Notes: generated from the sequence alone by a model not told the origin. A stretch of 64,000 nucleotides of DNA from an uncultured Gemmataceae bacterium (GCA_963750165.1 CAVVPN010000011.1:2284270-2348269), one strand, 5' to 3'. Positions 39,838-50,516 are shown, numbered from the stretch's first letter. Numbers and translations are program-made.

Positions 39838-40371
39838 ATGGGTGGTTCCACGGACAACCAGGCAGCAGACGACCCCACCGCTGCGTCGGCCCCGGCCGAC
39901 CGGAGCGACACCACGGCCAAGAACCTGGTCGTGCCGCTGCCCGAATTCCTGCAAGAAATTCACGCTACCCTGCAGCGCGCCGAACAGGCGTACGCACGTG
40001 GCGACCTCGACCAGACCGTCCGCTGCGCCGAGGAGGGCCTGATCATTCTGCGCCTGCCCTTGCCGCGGTCGTCCAAGGCGCCGGTGCCGCCGCAGTACGA
40101 ACTGTTTTTCCGCTGCTTCCAGAATCACGAAGTGTATCGGACGGCCCTGGCCCTGTACAAGCAGGGGCTGCTGCAACTGCGTCGCCCTGGAGCGGAAGCG
40201 GCCGCCCGGCAGGCGTGGCGGCGGGCCTGGGATCTCCTGGAGGGGCCCTTCGCCAACCTCGACGAGCGGCTGGCGCTGACCGCCGGCACCACTGACTTTC
40301 CCGTGGCCGGCCGGGTGCTGCGCGGTCTGCTCCGCCTGCGGCAGAAGCTCCGAGAGCACCTGCTCGGCTGA
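39838..40371 (+). CDS. Hypothetical helical protein
   Basis: Protein-like composition and GC3 bias; no recognised motif. Confidence 0.55.
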   Translation: MGGSTDNQAADDPTAASAPADRSDTTAKNLVVPLPEFLQEIHATLQRAEQAYARGDLDQTVRCAEEGLIILRLPLPRSSKAPVPPQYELFFRCFQNHEVYRTALALYKQGLLQLRRPGAEAAARQAWRRAWDLLEGPFANLDERLALTAGTTDFPVAGRVLRGLLRLRQKLREHLLG

Positions 40372-40547
40372 CCGCCGCCTCCCACCCGCTATCGGCGGCA
40401 GGTTCGACAGCCATCCGGTCCTTTTCCCTGTTGTCGCCGGCCGGTCTCTTGTCCGGATGCGCCCGCCGCGGTAGGATCGAAAGGCGGGCCCGTGAGGGCC
40501 CGATCAGCCGACCGCCCTCCTTCAGGGCCGGTCGCCGCCTGACCCGG

Positions 40548-41036
40548 ATGGACACCATGCCGCCCCAACTCCTGGCCCTGACCGAGGGCCCGAACATCTC
40601 CCTGAACAAGCCCATCGTGCTGCTCGGCCGGCACCAGGAGTGCGATATTCAACTCGTCTCGCGCAAGGTGTCGCGCCGCCACTGCTGCATCGCCCAGGTC
40701 GAGAACTACCTGGTGGTGCGCGACCTGGGCAGCACCAACGGCATTCGCATTAACGGCGTCCGCGTTCTGGAGGGTTGTCTCAAGGAGGGGGACGAGCTAA
40801 CCATCGGCAACCACCGCTATCAGGTGCAGTGGCACGCCGCCCCGCCGCCCCCGCCGCCGCCGCGCGGCCCCGCCATCGGCCGGGAAGCCAGCCGTATCCT
40901 GCGCTCCCCGGAAGAGGACGACCGGCTCGAATCCTGCGACGACCCGGTGCCGCTGACCGAACCGCCCCGCCTGCCGCCGGCGGTGCCCGAGAACCTCGAA
41001 CTGTTGCCACCCGGGGAGTCGTCAGGGGTGCGGTGA
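40548..41036 (+). CDS. FHA domain protein
   Basis: LGRHQECD, SRRH, DLGSTNG. Confidence 0.9.
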   Translation: MDTMPPQLLALTEGPNISLNKPIVLLGRHQECDIQLVSRKVSRRHCCIAQVENYLVVRDLGSTNGIRINGVRVLEGCLKEGDELTIGNHRYQVQWHAAPPPPPPPRGPAIGREASRILRSPEEDDRLESCDDPVPLTEPPRLPPAVPENLELLPPGESSGVR

Positions 41037-41064
41037 AAGTTCACCACGGAGCACGCGGAACCCG

Positions 41065-41164
41065 CAGAGAAAAGACAGAAGAGGATCCACCGATAACACA
41101 GATAAAGACATTTGAATTTATCTTTGTCTGTGTTATCGGTGGATCCTCTTCTGTCTTTTCTCTG
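41065..41164. repeat. AT-rich intergenic palindrome
   Basis: cagagaaaagacagaagaggatccaccgataacacaga...tctgtgttatcggtggatcctcttctgtcttttctctg. Confidence 0.8.
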
Positions 41165-41182
41165 GCGGTGCGGTGCGGTGTG

Positions 41183-41615
41183 TCACCGTTTATCGGAGCG
41201 CTGGAACAGCACGTCGGCGCTGAACAGGCCCGGGCCGTTGGCGATGATGAGCAGCATGGCCCCGGCCAGTGAGGCGTTTTTCAGGAAGTTGCCCATCTGC
41301 ATTTGCTGCTGCTGCGGGTCGGTGTAGTTCCAGAAGTCGTGGAAGATCGGCGTCACCGCAGCCAGGAAGATGAGCAGGAGCAGCGCCCCGATGCGGGCGC
41401 AGGCCGAGGATGACGGACAGGCTGCCGAGCACCAGGAACACGATGGCCCCGGCCAGCAGCACCTGACCCAGCGGTGCGGGCAGGCCTTTCGGGGCCATGA
41501 AATTGTCCACGGTCGCGTTGAACTCCATGGCGTGGCCGGCGGCGCTCGCCAGAAAGATGCCGCACAACAGTACACGCCCGACCAGTGTCAGCAGCCCCTG
41601 CACAACGTACGGCAT
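41183..41615 (-). CDS. DoxX family membrane protein (frameshift at ~41398)
   Basis: GRVLLCGIFLAS, then FHDFW...NFLKNASLAG...GPG in the second frame. Confidence 0.82.
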
Positions 41616-41626
41616 CACCGGACTCC

Positions 41627-42318
41627 TTACGCAAGGTCGAAGAGCATCACCTCCGCCGCGCCCGCGACACGCAGGGCGGGTTCGCCGCTGACCGCCAGCC
41701 CGTCGCCGGCAACGAGGCGCTGGCCGTTCACGTCGGCGCTGCCGCGCAGCACCTGCAGCCAGGCGTGCCGCCCGGCTGTCAGCGCGTAATCCAGCGGCTT
41801 GCCTTCTTCCACGTCCGCCAGGAACACCCGTGCGTCCTGGTGAATGGTCAGCGCCCGTCGGCGCCGTCGGGCGCCGCCACCAGCTGCCAGCGGCCGCGGC
41901 GATTCGCCGGATCGAAGGCGCGCTGATCGTAGCTGGGCCGCAAACCGCGGCGGTCGGGCAACAGCCAGATTTGATACAAATGCACCGGCTCCGTGGCCGA
42001 CGGGTTGAACTCGCTGTGCCGCACGCCCGTGCCCGCGGTCATGTGCTGCAACTCGCCGGGCCGGATAATGGCGCCGGTGCCCAGGCTGTCCTTGTGCTCC
42101 AGCTGGCCCGCCAGGACGTAGGTCAAAATCTCCATGTCCTGGTGGCCGTGCATGCCGAAGCCGCGGCCCGGCTGCACGCGATCCTCGTTCAGCACGCGCA
42201 GCGCCCGAAAGCCCATGTGTCCTTCATCATAATAGTCCGCGAAGGAGAAGGTGTAATAGGTATCCAGCCAGCCGTGGTCGGCGTGGCCCCGGTCCTGTCT
42301 GCGACGCACTCGCAACAT
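41627..42318 (-). CDS. Pirin family protein (frameshift at ~41853)
   Basis: RGHADHGWL, GFGMHGHQDMEI, AGTGVRHSE, QIW; ends LFDLA. Confidence 0.88.
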
Positions 42319-42382
42319 GGCTCACCTTCCTGAGATCAGGTAAAACAGCATGGTAACTCGACCGGTTGCCCCGGTCCTCAAT

Positions 42383-42400
42383 TAGTTTACATGTCAACTA
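42383..42400. promoter_or_regulatory. Palindromic operator-like site between the divergent pirin and FAD oxidoreductase genes
   Basis: TAGTTTACATGTCAACTA near-perfect palindrome overlapping TTGACA on the minus strand. Confidence 0.55.
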
Positions 42401-42444
42401 TTTGCAAGTCAAGGCGCCGGGAGTGGACGAACGAGGGCGGAACC

Positions 42445-43629
42445 ATGCGGATTGCGATCAGCGGCGCCGGCGTTGCCGGCCCAACCCTGGCGTACTGGCT
42501 CCAGCGTAGCGGCCACGAGCCGACGCTGATCGAGAAGGCCCCGCACTTCCGCACGGGCGGCTACGTCGTCGATTTCTGGGGCGTGGGCTACACGGTGGCG
42601 GAACGGATGGGCATCCTGCCGGAGCTGCACAAGGCCGGTTACTCGGTGCGGGAGCTGCGCATCGTCAATGACCGCGGCCGCAAGGTAGGCGGGTTCACCG
42701 TGGATCGTATGCGCCGCATCCTGAAGGACCGTTTCACGAGTCTGCCGCGCGGCGACCTCGCCGCCGCGATCTACGGGACGGTCGCGGGGCGGGTCGAAAC
42801 GATCTTCGGCGACAGCATCTCGGCCATCGAGGAGCGCGCGGCTGACGTACTCGTCTCGTTCACGCACGGCGGGCCGCGGTCGTTTGATCTGGTGATCGGC
42901 GCCGACGGTCTGCACTCGGCCGTGCGCGGCCTCGCCTTCGGCTCCGAGGCTCAGTTTGAACAGCAACTCGGCTATCACGTCGCCGCCTTTGCGGTCGCGG
43001 GCTACCGGCCGCGCGACGAACTCGTTTACGTCAGTTACTCGACGCCCGGAAAGCAGATTGCGCGCTTCGCCCTGCGCGGCGACCGGACGCTGTTCCTTTT
43101 CGTCTTCGCCGACGAACACCTGAAGGGCTCGGAGCCGCACGGCCGCGCCGAACGGCAGGCGCTCCTGCGCCGCGTTTTCGAGGACGACGGCTGGGAATGT
43201 CCTCACATGCTGCGAGCGCTGGATTCGGTCGAGGAGCTGTATTTTGACCGCGTCAGTCAGATCAGGATGCCGGAGTGGTCGAGGGGTCGGGTGGCACTCG
43301 TCGGGGACGCGGCCGTCTGCGTGTCGCTGCTGGCGGGCGAGGGGTGCGGGCTGGCAATGGCCGCGGCGTATGTGCTGGCCGGGGAGCTGCACCGCGCCGG
43401 CCAGGACTACCGGGAAGCGTTTCGCCGCTACGAGCAGCGACTGCGGCCGTTCATCGAGGGCAAACAACAAGCCGCACGCAGGTTCGGCGCCGCGTTCGCA
43501 CCGAAGACGTGGTTCGGAATCTGGTTCCGCAACCAGGTGAGCCGGCTGCTGGGACTGCCGCTGATCGCCGACTTTTTTCTCACCCGCGAAATCCGCGACA
43601 ACTTCGACCTGCCGGATTACGGGCTGTGA
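42445..43629 (+). CDS. FAD-dependent monooxygenase/oxidoreductase
   Basis: GAGVAG, GADGLHS, LVGDAA. Confidence 0.9.
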   Translation: MRIAISGAGVAGPTLAYWLQRSGHEPTLIEKAPHFRTGGYVVDFWGVGYTVAERMGILPELHKAGYSVRELRIVNDRGRKVGGFTVDRMRRILKDRFTSLPRGDLAAAIYGTVAGRVETIFGDSISAIEERAADVLVSFTHGGPRSFDLVIGADGLHSAVRGLAFGSEAQFEQQLGYHVAAFAVAGYRPRDELVYVSYSTPGKQIARFALRGDRTLFLFVFADEHLKGSEPHGRAERQALLRRVFEDDGWECPHMLRALDSVEELYFDRVSQIRMPEWSRGRVALVGDAAVCVSLLAGEGCGLAMAAAYVLAGELHRAGQDYREAFRRYEQRLRPFIEGKQQAARRFGAAFAPKTWFGIWFRNQVSRLLGLPLIADFFLTREIRDNFDLPDYGL

Positions 43630-43640
43630 CGCGGCGGCGG

Positions 43641-44114
43641 TCAGTCCTGGTCGCGCTGGCACTCGTCGAAGAGGTGACGGGCGGCGCGGCCGCTGATTTC
43701 GCCGAGCCGCAGCAGTTCCGCGGCCAGGCGTTCGACCGCGCGCCAGTTGCCGGGCCGGCTCAACAGGTACTCCGCCTTGGACAGCAGGCGGCGTTCCAGG
43801 CGTTCGGCCTGTTTGGCGCTGCCGGTGCGCTCACGGGCCAGGTCGAGCGCGAACTGACGGTCGCGGTCGGCCTCCTCCCAGGCGTAGTCGCCGGTGTGCA
43901 GCGCCTCCGCGGCGAGGCCGGCCAGGGCGATGAGGATTTCGCGCTCGACCCAGTCCTCGGAGGGCCGGAAGACCGGCTTGCGGAAGTGACAGATGCCGAG
44001 TTCTTTCGTCGTCGCGCGGACGGAGACGCGGTCCACGGGGCGGCCCAGCGCCAGGGCCATGACGGCGTGGCCGGCTTCGTGGTAGGCGGTGGCGGTGGTG
44101 GGAGTGTCGTCCAT
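43641..44114 (-). CDS. Peptidase M41 (FtsH-protease-like) single-domain protein
   Basis: TAYHEAGHA, LAGLAAE. Confidence 0.75.
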   Translation of the reverse strand: MDDTPTTATAYHEAGHAVMALALGRPVDRVSVRATTKELGICHFRKPVFRPSEDWVEREILIALAGLAAEALHTGDYAWEEADRDRQFALDLARERTGSAKQAERLERRLLSKAEYLLSRPGNWRAVERLAAELLRLGEISGRAARHLFDECQRDQD

Positions 44115-44171
44115 TGCAAGTGGCTCGCGTAGTCGGCGGTTGGGCAGTGTTCCGATACTACCTCAGTGGAA

Positions 44172-44450
44172 TCAAGTGGGGTCCACCGACCAAACCTCTG
44201 TACCGACCGGGACCGCTTCCTTCTCCAAACCCACGAGCAGGAGAACAACGTCATGATGCGCTCTCGGACCGCTTATCAGTCCCAGGCCACCGATCCGCCA
44301 GGCAAGCGTTGTCTCGTCGGGACGGACGAGCAGAATGGGATCACCGATTCGGAACACCTCGTCGCCTTGCGGCACCACCCCCGGGACCGGCATCAAGCCC
44401 CGGCCTCGGATCATGAATGTGTCCTTGACGGTGAACAGTCGCCGTGCCAT
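44172..44450 (-). CDS. Small protein with a translation-factor domain-II-like fold
   Basis: FTVKDTFMIRGRG...IGD, VPVGTEVW. Confidence 0.55.
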   Translation of the reverse strand: MARRLFTVKDTFMIRGRGLMPVPGVVPQGDEVFRIGDPILLVRPDETTLAWRIGGLGLISGPRAHHDVVLLLVGLEKEAVPVGTEVWSVDPT

Positions 44451-44499
44451 CGAACGGACTCGCTTTCGCAGAATCGGTTGTGGCCAACCCCCGATATGC

Positions 44500-47400
44500 T
44501 CAACGCTGAAACCGTTTCGCCACCGTCGAGCCGTTGTTCAGCTCGAAGCGATAGCCGTCGCTGAACGCATCGACAAACTCTTCCTGATGCGACACCAGCA
44601 GAATGCAGCGCATCTGATTCCGCAGATTTTTCAGCTCCTCAATCATCACTTGCCGGCCGTGGCGGTCGAGGCAGCCGAAGCCCTCGTCGATGATGACCGA
44701 CTCGATGGGCCGGTGCTGTTTGCTGGCGTACTGGCCGATGCCGAGCGCCAGGCTGACCGCGACGCGGAATTTCTGACTGCCGCTGAGGAACGCGACGTTG
44801 ATCGGCTTCTCGCCGGTGACGCGGTTGTGGACCTCCAGTTCCAGCGCCTTCGCGGTGTTGCCCTCGCCGCCGGCCTCGCCCGCCAGCCGCAACCGCAGCT
44901 GGCCGCCGGAGAGCCGGTCCAGCACGGCGTTGGCAAAATCGACCACCTGCCGCTCCGCCTGCCGTACCAGGTGCAGTTGCAGCCGGTCGCGGCCCAGTAA
45001 CTCCGCCAGCAATTTGCTCTCCGTAAACTCCTGATCGACCTGCCGGTTTTTCTCCTCCAGTTCCTGGCGCTTCTGGTGCTGTCGCTCCAGTTCCTCCTTG
45101 CGATGCTGCTTCGCGACCAGTTGCTGCTCGCACGCCGTCCGCGTTTGCTGCGCCGCTTTCAACCGCACCTGCATCTCCGCCACCGGCTGCCGCGCCTCCT
45201 CGGCGAACTGCTCCTGCTCCTGTTCCAGATTGTCCTGATCCTGCTTCAACAAATCGAGTCCGCCCTGCGCCTGCGACAATTTGCGCGCGCGCTCGTCGGT
45301 CTGCTTGCGCGTCAGGTCATCGACCTCCTGCTTGAGCAGGTTCAGCTCGGTCATGCCGGCCCGCTCCGCCTTCGGCCGCCACGCTTCCGACAGCTCGCGC
45401 AGCGTCCGCTCCAGCGTGTGCTGACACTGCTTGCGCGTCGCTTCCTCGGAGTGCAAACCGTTGGTCACGTCGCCGAGCAGCCGCTGTGTCTTCTCGCGCT
45501 GCTGCGCCAGCCTGTCGAGTTGCTGTTGCACCTCATCGGCCTCGCGCCGCCGGGCGCGCAAGGTCTTGTCCAGCGTCTGCTCATCCGTCTCCAGCCGGGC
45601 ATGGTCGCGGCGCAGCGGCTCGCGGTCCCGCGGCAACTCCGCCAGCACGCGCGCCAGGTTCTGCTGCACCGTCGCCTCGCGCGCCTTGGCCTGGGTCCAC
45701 TTCTGCAACCGGTCCTCCGCGTCGCGCAGCGTCTTCTTGACGCCGTCCAGTTCGCGCGTCTGCCGCCGCAGTTTTTCCAGGTCGCTCTCCTGCGGGAACG
45801 CGGTCGCGCACCAGTCCTCCGGCGGCGTTGGGCTGACCTGGTTGCGGAACGGCTCGGTCAGATCGTGGTACGTCACGCCGCACTCACGCTCCAGCCGCTC
45901 CACGTCCTTGACGGCCTGGTCCGCCTGCGCCTTGCGCTCGCGGTACTCCTCGCGCGCCTCGCGCAGGTGCTGAGTCGCCTCCTCGTATTGCTTGCGCAGC
46001 TGGCTCTCCTGCGCTTTCTTCGCCTTCTGCGTCGTCGTCGCCGCTGCCAGCTGCTCCTCCGCCTCCGACAGCGCTTTCGTGCGCCGCTTCTTCTCGTCCT
46101 GGAGGTGATTCGGCGTCAACTCCTGGCCGCAGTGCCGGCACACCTTCGCCCCGCCCAGCTTCAGCAACTCGTCCAGGTGGCCCTTTGCCTGGTCGCGCAG
46201 CGTCCGGGCTGTGGTCGCTGTCTCGTCCGCCTGCTGCCGCGTCTGCGTCGCCTCCTCCAGCAGCCCCTTGAACCGCTCGACCTCCAGCCCCACCTGTTTG
46301 CCGCGCGCGAAAATCGTCTGCATGTCTGCCGACGACTTGCCGGCGCGCTCGCGGCCCTGGCGCAACTCGTCGCGCAGCGTGTGCAGCCGGCCGAGCAGCG
46401 GCAGCGCGCTGGCCTGCGTCGCCAGCTGGTCGTGCTGCTCGCGCGCCTGCCGCACCGCCGCCTCCGGGTCCGCCCCAACCTGGGCCAGTTCCTCGCGAAC
46501 ACGCTTCAGGTCGTTCTCCTGCTGCTCGCTCTCCTTGAGCTTGACGATCAGCGCCGCAACTTTGCGCAAGTCCGCCGTCACCTGCCGCAGTTGTTGCTCC
46601 TCATCGGCGATCTGCTTCTGGTACAGCGTGCGCTTCTGCCGCGCCTGCTCCAGTGCCTGATCGTGCGTCACCAGGTCACCGTCGAGTTTCTCCTTGCGCT
46701 TCGTCAACTCGGCCGTCTTGCGCTCCGACTCCTGGACGTAGCCGCGCTGCTCCAGCACCACCTGCATCTTCGGCAGTACCAGCCGCAGTTCCGCCAACCG
46801 GTCCACGTCACGCTTGATGGCCACCGCGTCCGCGAGCAAGCGCTGCGCCTCCTGCCAGCGCTTGCGGGCCGCCTCCAGGCGCGCTTGCAACTCCGCCCAC
46901 TGCTTCGCCTGGTACTCCAGCTGCTGCCAGCGCTCGACCTGCTCCTGCGCCTGCTGTTTCGCCGTCTCCGCCGCGGCGATGTCACCCTCGGCCTCCAGCA
47001 GGTCGATGGCGCTGACCGCCGGTAACGAGTTCAGCTGGCCACGCATCTCTTTGAGGCGGTCGTCCAGTGTCTTGCGCTCCTCGTCGGCGCGCTCGTGCAG
47101 TTTGCGGAAGCGCTCCAGATCGACGATGCCTGCCAGCACCTCGAAGCGGCCCTTGGCGGTCGAGTCCAGCAGCTTTTCCGCCCGCCCTTGCAACAGCAGC
47201 ACCGACGACGTGAACGTCTCGTAACTCAGGCCGATGTGCTGAGAAATCCATTCGTCAAAGCCGGTCATGAGGTTGGTGCCCTCGACCGGCTCCCAGCCGC
47301 CGACCGCCAGACCGCGCGCAATCTGCTGGGCGCCGCGGCCCTTGCCCTGCTTGGTGCGCTGGATGGTGCGAGCGATCTGGAACGGCTTGCCGTCGATGGT

Positions 47401-47631
47401 GAACTCGAACGTGATGCTAGCCTTGTCGCTGTCCTTGTTGATGAGTTCGTGCGCGTCCCGACTGCCGCCGCGGTGATGGCCGAACAGCGCGAACGTGATG
47501 GCGTCAAAAATGGTTGATTTGCCGCTGCCGTTCAGGCCGGCCAGCAGCCACAGCGATGCGCCGTCGAAGCAGATTTCCTGCTCGTCCTTGTAGCACAGGA
47601 AGCCCTTCAACTGCACCCGTTGCGGGATCAT
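44500..47631 (-). CDS. sbcC: SbcC/Rad50 SMC ATPase
   Basis: GLNGSGKS, LLLQG, CRHC zinc hook, LSGSQ, IIDEGFG, SH. Confidence 0.92.
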   Translation of the reverse strand: MIPQRVQLKGFLCYKDEQEICFDGASLWLLAGLNGSGKSTIFDAITFALFGHHRGGSRDAHELINKDSDKASITFEFTIDGKPFQIARTIQRTKQGKGRGAQQIARGLAVGGWEPVEGTNLMTGFDEWISQHIGLSYETFTSSVLLLQGRAEKLLDSTAKGRFEVLAGIVDLERFRKLHERADEERKTLDDRLKEMRGQLNSLPAVSAIDLLEAEGDIAAAETAKQQAQEQVERWQQLEYQAKQWAELQARLEAARKRWQEAQRLLADAVAIKRDVDRLAELRLVLPKMQVVLEQRGYVQESERKTAELTKRKEKLDGDLVTHDQALEQARQKRTLYQKQIADEEQQLRQVTADLRKVAALIVKLKESEQQENDLKRVREELAQVGADPEAAVRQAREQHDQLATQASALPLLGRLHTLRDELRQGRERAGKSSADMQTIFARGKQVGLEVERFKGLLEEATQTRQQADETATTARTLRDQAKGHLDELLKLGGAKVCRHCGQELTPNHLQDEKKRRTKALSEAEEQLAAATTTQKAKKAQESQLRKQYEEATQHLREAREEYRERKAQADQAVKDVERLERECGVTYHDLTEPFRNQVSPTPPEDWCATAFPQESDLEKLRRQTRELDGVKKTLRDAEDRLQKWTQAKAREATVQQNLARVLAELPRDREPLRRDHARLETDEQTLDKTLRARRREADEVQQQLDRLAQQREKTQRLLGDVTNGLHSEEATRKQCQHTLERTLRELSEAWRPKAERAGMTELNLLKQEVDDLTRKQTDERARKLSQAQGGLDLLKQDQDNLEQEQEQFAEEARQPVAEMQVRLKAAQQTRTACEQQLVAKQHRKEELERQHQKRQELEEKNRQVDQEFTESKLLAELLGRDRLQLHLVRQAERQVVDFANAVLDRLSGGQLRLRLAGEAGGEGNTAKALELEVHNRVTGEKPINVAFLSGSQKFRVAVSLALGIGQYASKQHRPIESVIIDEGFGCLDRHGRQVMIEELKNLRNQMRCILLVSHQEEFVDAFSDGYRFELNNGSTVAKRFQR

Positions 47632-48869
47632 GACGCCTCCCTCGACAGCAGCGCCTCCGCCCGCGCCAGCACCGCGTTGCGCATTGGCTCGGGATGGTTC
47701 AGCAGTTCCTGGCGCAGGTAGTCGCGCACCGTCTCCTGCCAGCTTTTACCGCGATGGGCCTCCTCGGCGGTCACGCTCGGCCCCAGGGCGCTGGCCTCGG
47801 TCCAGGTGCGGGCGTACCAGCGCGGGAACAGGTCTTCCAGCGCCGCCAGGATTTTTTCCAGGCTGTGCTGCCCTGCAACGTAGCGGAAGTTGATCGAAAC
47901 CAGGTCCTGTTGCGCGTCCGGGTAGCGCTCGCGCAGCCGATACAGTTCGGTCTCCAGGTCGCTGTTCAGGAAGTCCAGGTCGATGGCGTAAACGGGCGTC
48001 GCCGGCAGCGGCAGCAGCAGCGGCTCGCCGACCAGGCCGGCGGGGCCGACTTCAAGAATGGTAACACTCTTGTTGTCGCGCTGCTCGCCGAGGTCGAGCT
48101 TCTCAACGCTGCCGGAGTAGCGGACGTGACTGCGGCCGCCGATGGCCTGCGGCTGGTGGATGTGGCCCAGTGCCACATAGGCGACATTGGTGGGCAGGTC
48201 GGTGTCGGTGAAGACGATGCTCTCCTGATCGCTCATGCGGAAAGCGTTCGGCAGCAGCGCCCCGGTGACGTGGATGTGCGCCGCCAGTACCGTCGGCAGA
48301 CTCGGGTCAAAGCGCGGATCCTTTTGCAGCTCGTGCGTCTTCTGCGTGTACGCGGCCTGCAGGCGCTGGTTCTTCTCCTCGACGCTGGCGAAACGCTGGC
48401 TCTCCTCATCGAGCAGGTAGCGCGGCGGCGTCGGGTAGGGCATGAGCTGGAACTGCACCTGGCCGCCGTGCCTGTCGGCGAGGCGGACGAAGGTCGGGTT
48501 GGTGGCGAGGTAGAGCCGGCCCGCGGGGATCAGGTCGCCGGGCTTGCTGAACGCGGGCGCCGCCAGCGTCATCACCAGCCGCAGCGTTTGACAGAAGTTT
48601 TCGTTATCGTGGTTGCCGGTCAGTGCCAGGATGGTGCCGCCATCGAGCAGGAAGCGCTCGAAGGTCGCCTGCAGGTGCTCGATGGACTCGCGCAGGTTAT
48701 CGGGCCGGCTCAACTCGCTGAACAGGTCGCCGGCGACCAGGAGCACGTCCACGGCGTGCTCGGCGCAGAGAACGGCAACACGCTCGACGGCGCGGCGCAG
48801 GTCGGCGGTGCGGTCGATCCGGCCCAGGCGGTCGCCCAGGTGCCAGTCGGCGGTGTGCAGGATTTTCAT
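47628..48869 (-). CDS. sbcD: SbcD/Mre11 nuclease
   Basis: HTADWHLG, AGDLF, GNHD, ALGHIH; ATGA overlap with sbcC. Confidence 0.92.
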   Translation of the reverse strand: MKILHTADWHLGDRLGRIDRTADLRRAVERVAVLCAEHAVDVLLVAGDLFSELSRPDNLRESIEHLQATFERFLLDGGTILALTGNHDNENFCQTLRLVMTLAAPAFSKPGDLIPAGRLYLATNPTFVRLADRHGGQVQFQLMPYPTPPRYLLDEESQRFASVEEKNQRLQAAYTQKTHELQKDPRFDPSLPTVLAAHIHVTGALLPNAFRMSDQESIVFTDTDLPTNVAYVALGHIHQPQAIGGRSHVRYSGSVEKLDLGEQRDNKSVTILEVGPAGLVGEPLLLPLPATPVYAIDLDFLNSDLETELYRLRERYPDAQQDLVSINFRYVAGQHSLEKILAALEDLFPRWYARTWTEASALGPSVTAEEAHRGKSWQETVRDYLRQELLNHPEPMRNAVLARAEALLSREAS

Positions 48870-48942
48870 GAGTATTATTGTGGCAGCCCGGACTGGTTCC
48901 GTCGAGGTCAGCAGGCGGCGGCCGGGACTCGACAGGATACCC

Positions 48943-49200
48943 CTAACTCGCCCGTTGGAGCTGTGACGCGAACTGGATTTCATCCACGATGTCATAAGAC
49001 GACACGACGTGGCGCGCCACGTCGAAATGTGTGGCGCTGACGAGTTCTGTTGGCTTGCGGTCGGGGAGCGACACGACGGCGCCGGTCGCCGCGTGCGTGT
49101 ACAGGCGGTGCTTCCCCTGTTCCACAAGGACGCTGAAGCCGAGCGATCACAGGACGGCAGCCAACTGGCCGTAGGTTACATCCGCCTGAGTGCGCGGACA
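48943..49200 (-). pseudogene. HicA-like small gene with an in-frame TGA
   Basis: VTYGQLAAVL*SLGFSVLVEQGKHRLYTH...VSLP is continuous across the stop at 49147-49149; start uncertain. Confidence 0.45.
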
Positions 49201-49467
49201 AGTGACCCGTTGTTCAACCGGTATGACCCGCGCCGGCAACGCCGTCTGGCACGGTCGGGCCTGGGCGGGCACTTTCAGGTGGCAACGCCGGGCGCTGGCC
49301 GGCACGGCCCGACGTGGGCGGGCGCCGTTTGGCCCATAGGGGTGCGTGAGAAACGTGAAATGAAACGGCAACCCCATCGCTGCCAGGAGGTTATTTCATC
49401 TCACCCCCGTGAAACGAAACCGCCCGCCCCGCGGGGGGGCGCAACGGGCGGTCGGTGCCTCCGTGTT

Positions 49468-49797
49468 TCAAAGAACAGATCCCTTGCTCCTGCCTTCGCG
49501 CACCACCCAGCGCCGCGCCATCTCCTGCGGCGCGCCGGCGCGCACCTCCACCACCTCGTCGCCGGCCTCGGCTCCGAAACCCTCCACCAGCGCGCGTTCC
49601 GGCTCCGCGCCGTCCGGCAAATCCTCGCGGAACACGACGTACACGTCCGGCTGCGCCCCGGCCAGGGTGCCGATGGCCTCGGCCAGTTCCCCGCAGCCCA
49701 GGCGCGTCCAGTCCAGTCCGGGGAAGAGCGGCTTGAGCAATTCCGCGCAGCGCCGGGCCAGAAACGGCCGCGGCGGTAGCAGGTAAAACGTGGACAC
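49468..49797 (-). CDS. Hypothetical protein
   Basis: STFYLLPPR...VYVVFREDLP...FGAEAGDEVVEV; start uncertain. Confidence 0.55.
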   Translation of the reverse strand: MSTFYLLPPRPFLARRCAELLKPLFPGLDWTRLGCGELAEAIGTLAGAQPDVYVVFREDLPDGAEPERALVEGFGAEAGDEVVEVRAGAPQEMARRWVVREGRSKGSVL

Positions 49798-49971
49798 GGC
49801 GCGAACCCTCTGGTGGTCCCATTCGTCCCCCCTTAGAATCGGCCAGGGGCCGCCGTCCACTGCGGTTCGTCAGCCGCGCGGCGCGATGCCGTCCACCCAC
49901 AGCGCCGCGGCCGCGGGCGCGACCGTCACCGCCGATACGACCCCGAGAACCCATCGAACGAGGACGCACGT

Positions 49972-50506
49972 ATGCGGCTCCGGCTGGACAAATTGTTGCA
50001 GAGTTTGCGCGACCGTCAGGAGAACATCCTGCGGGCCATCGACGCGGACCCGCTGCTGCTGAAGAAAGTGAGCGGCGACCTGGTCCTGGCCAACGCCAGC
50101 AAGGAGTTATTCACGCCGCAGCACGAGCACCAGTTGTTCGCCAAGGGCGTCGTCTACCGGCGGGCGCCGTATCGGCTGATGTCGTTGCCGCTGGTCAAGA
50201 TTTACAACCTCGGCGAACGCCAGGTCAGCCTCGACGACTTGCACCAGCTGCTGGATGAAGGGCCGACGCAGCCGCGCTTCCTGCGCAAGCTGGACGGCAC
50301 ATTGGTGCAGGCGTTCCGCCACGACGAGCGCGTCCACTTCACAACGCGCGGCATGATCGAGGGGGCCGGCCGTGGCGGCGCAGGCGGCGCAGTTTCCGCA
50401 CGCCGGGCTGATCTTTGCAGCGCTGGACCGACGGCTGGACCTGGCGCGCATCCGAAAATACCTGCCGTCGCCGAAGGAAGTGGCAGCGGTCCTGCAAGCC
50501 TGCTGA
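49972..50506 (+). pseudogene. T4 Rnl1-like RNA ligase with an apparent internal deletion
   Basis: KIYNLGE, KLDGT (motif I), TRG; after ~50370 a protein-like C-terminal tail lies in another frame. Confidence 0.6.
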
Positions 50507-50516
50507 GCGGCGCCGC

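Noticed and set aside
44500..48869. SbcCD as part of the retron system
   Set aside because: It lies ~18 kb away with unrelated genes between and is a common housekeeping pair.
49147..49149. In-frame TGA as selenocysteine because selA and selB are nearby
   Set aside because: The context VL*SLGF is not a redox-Cys motif and fits a CGA-to-TGA change; I recognised no SECIS.
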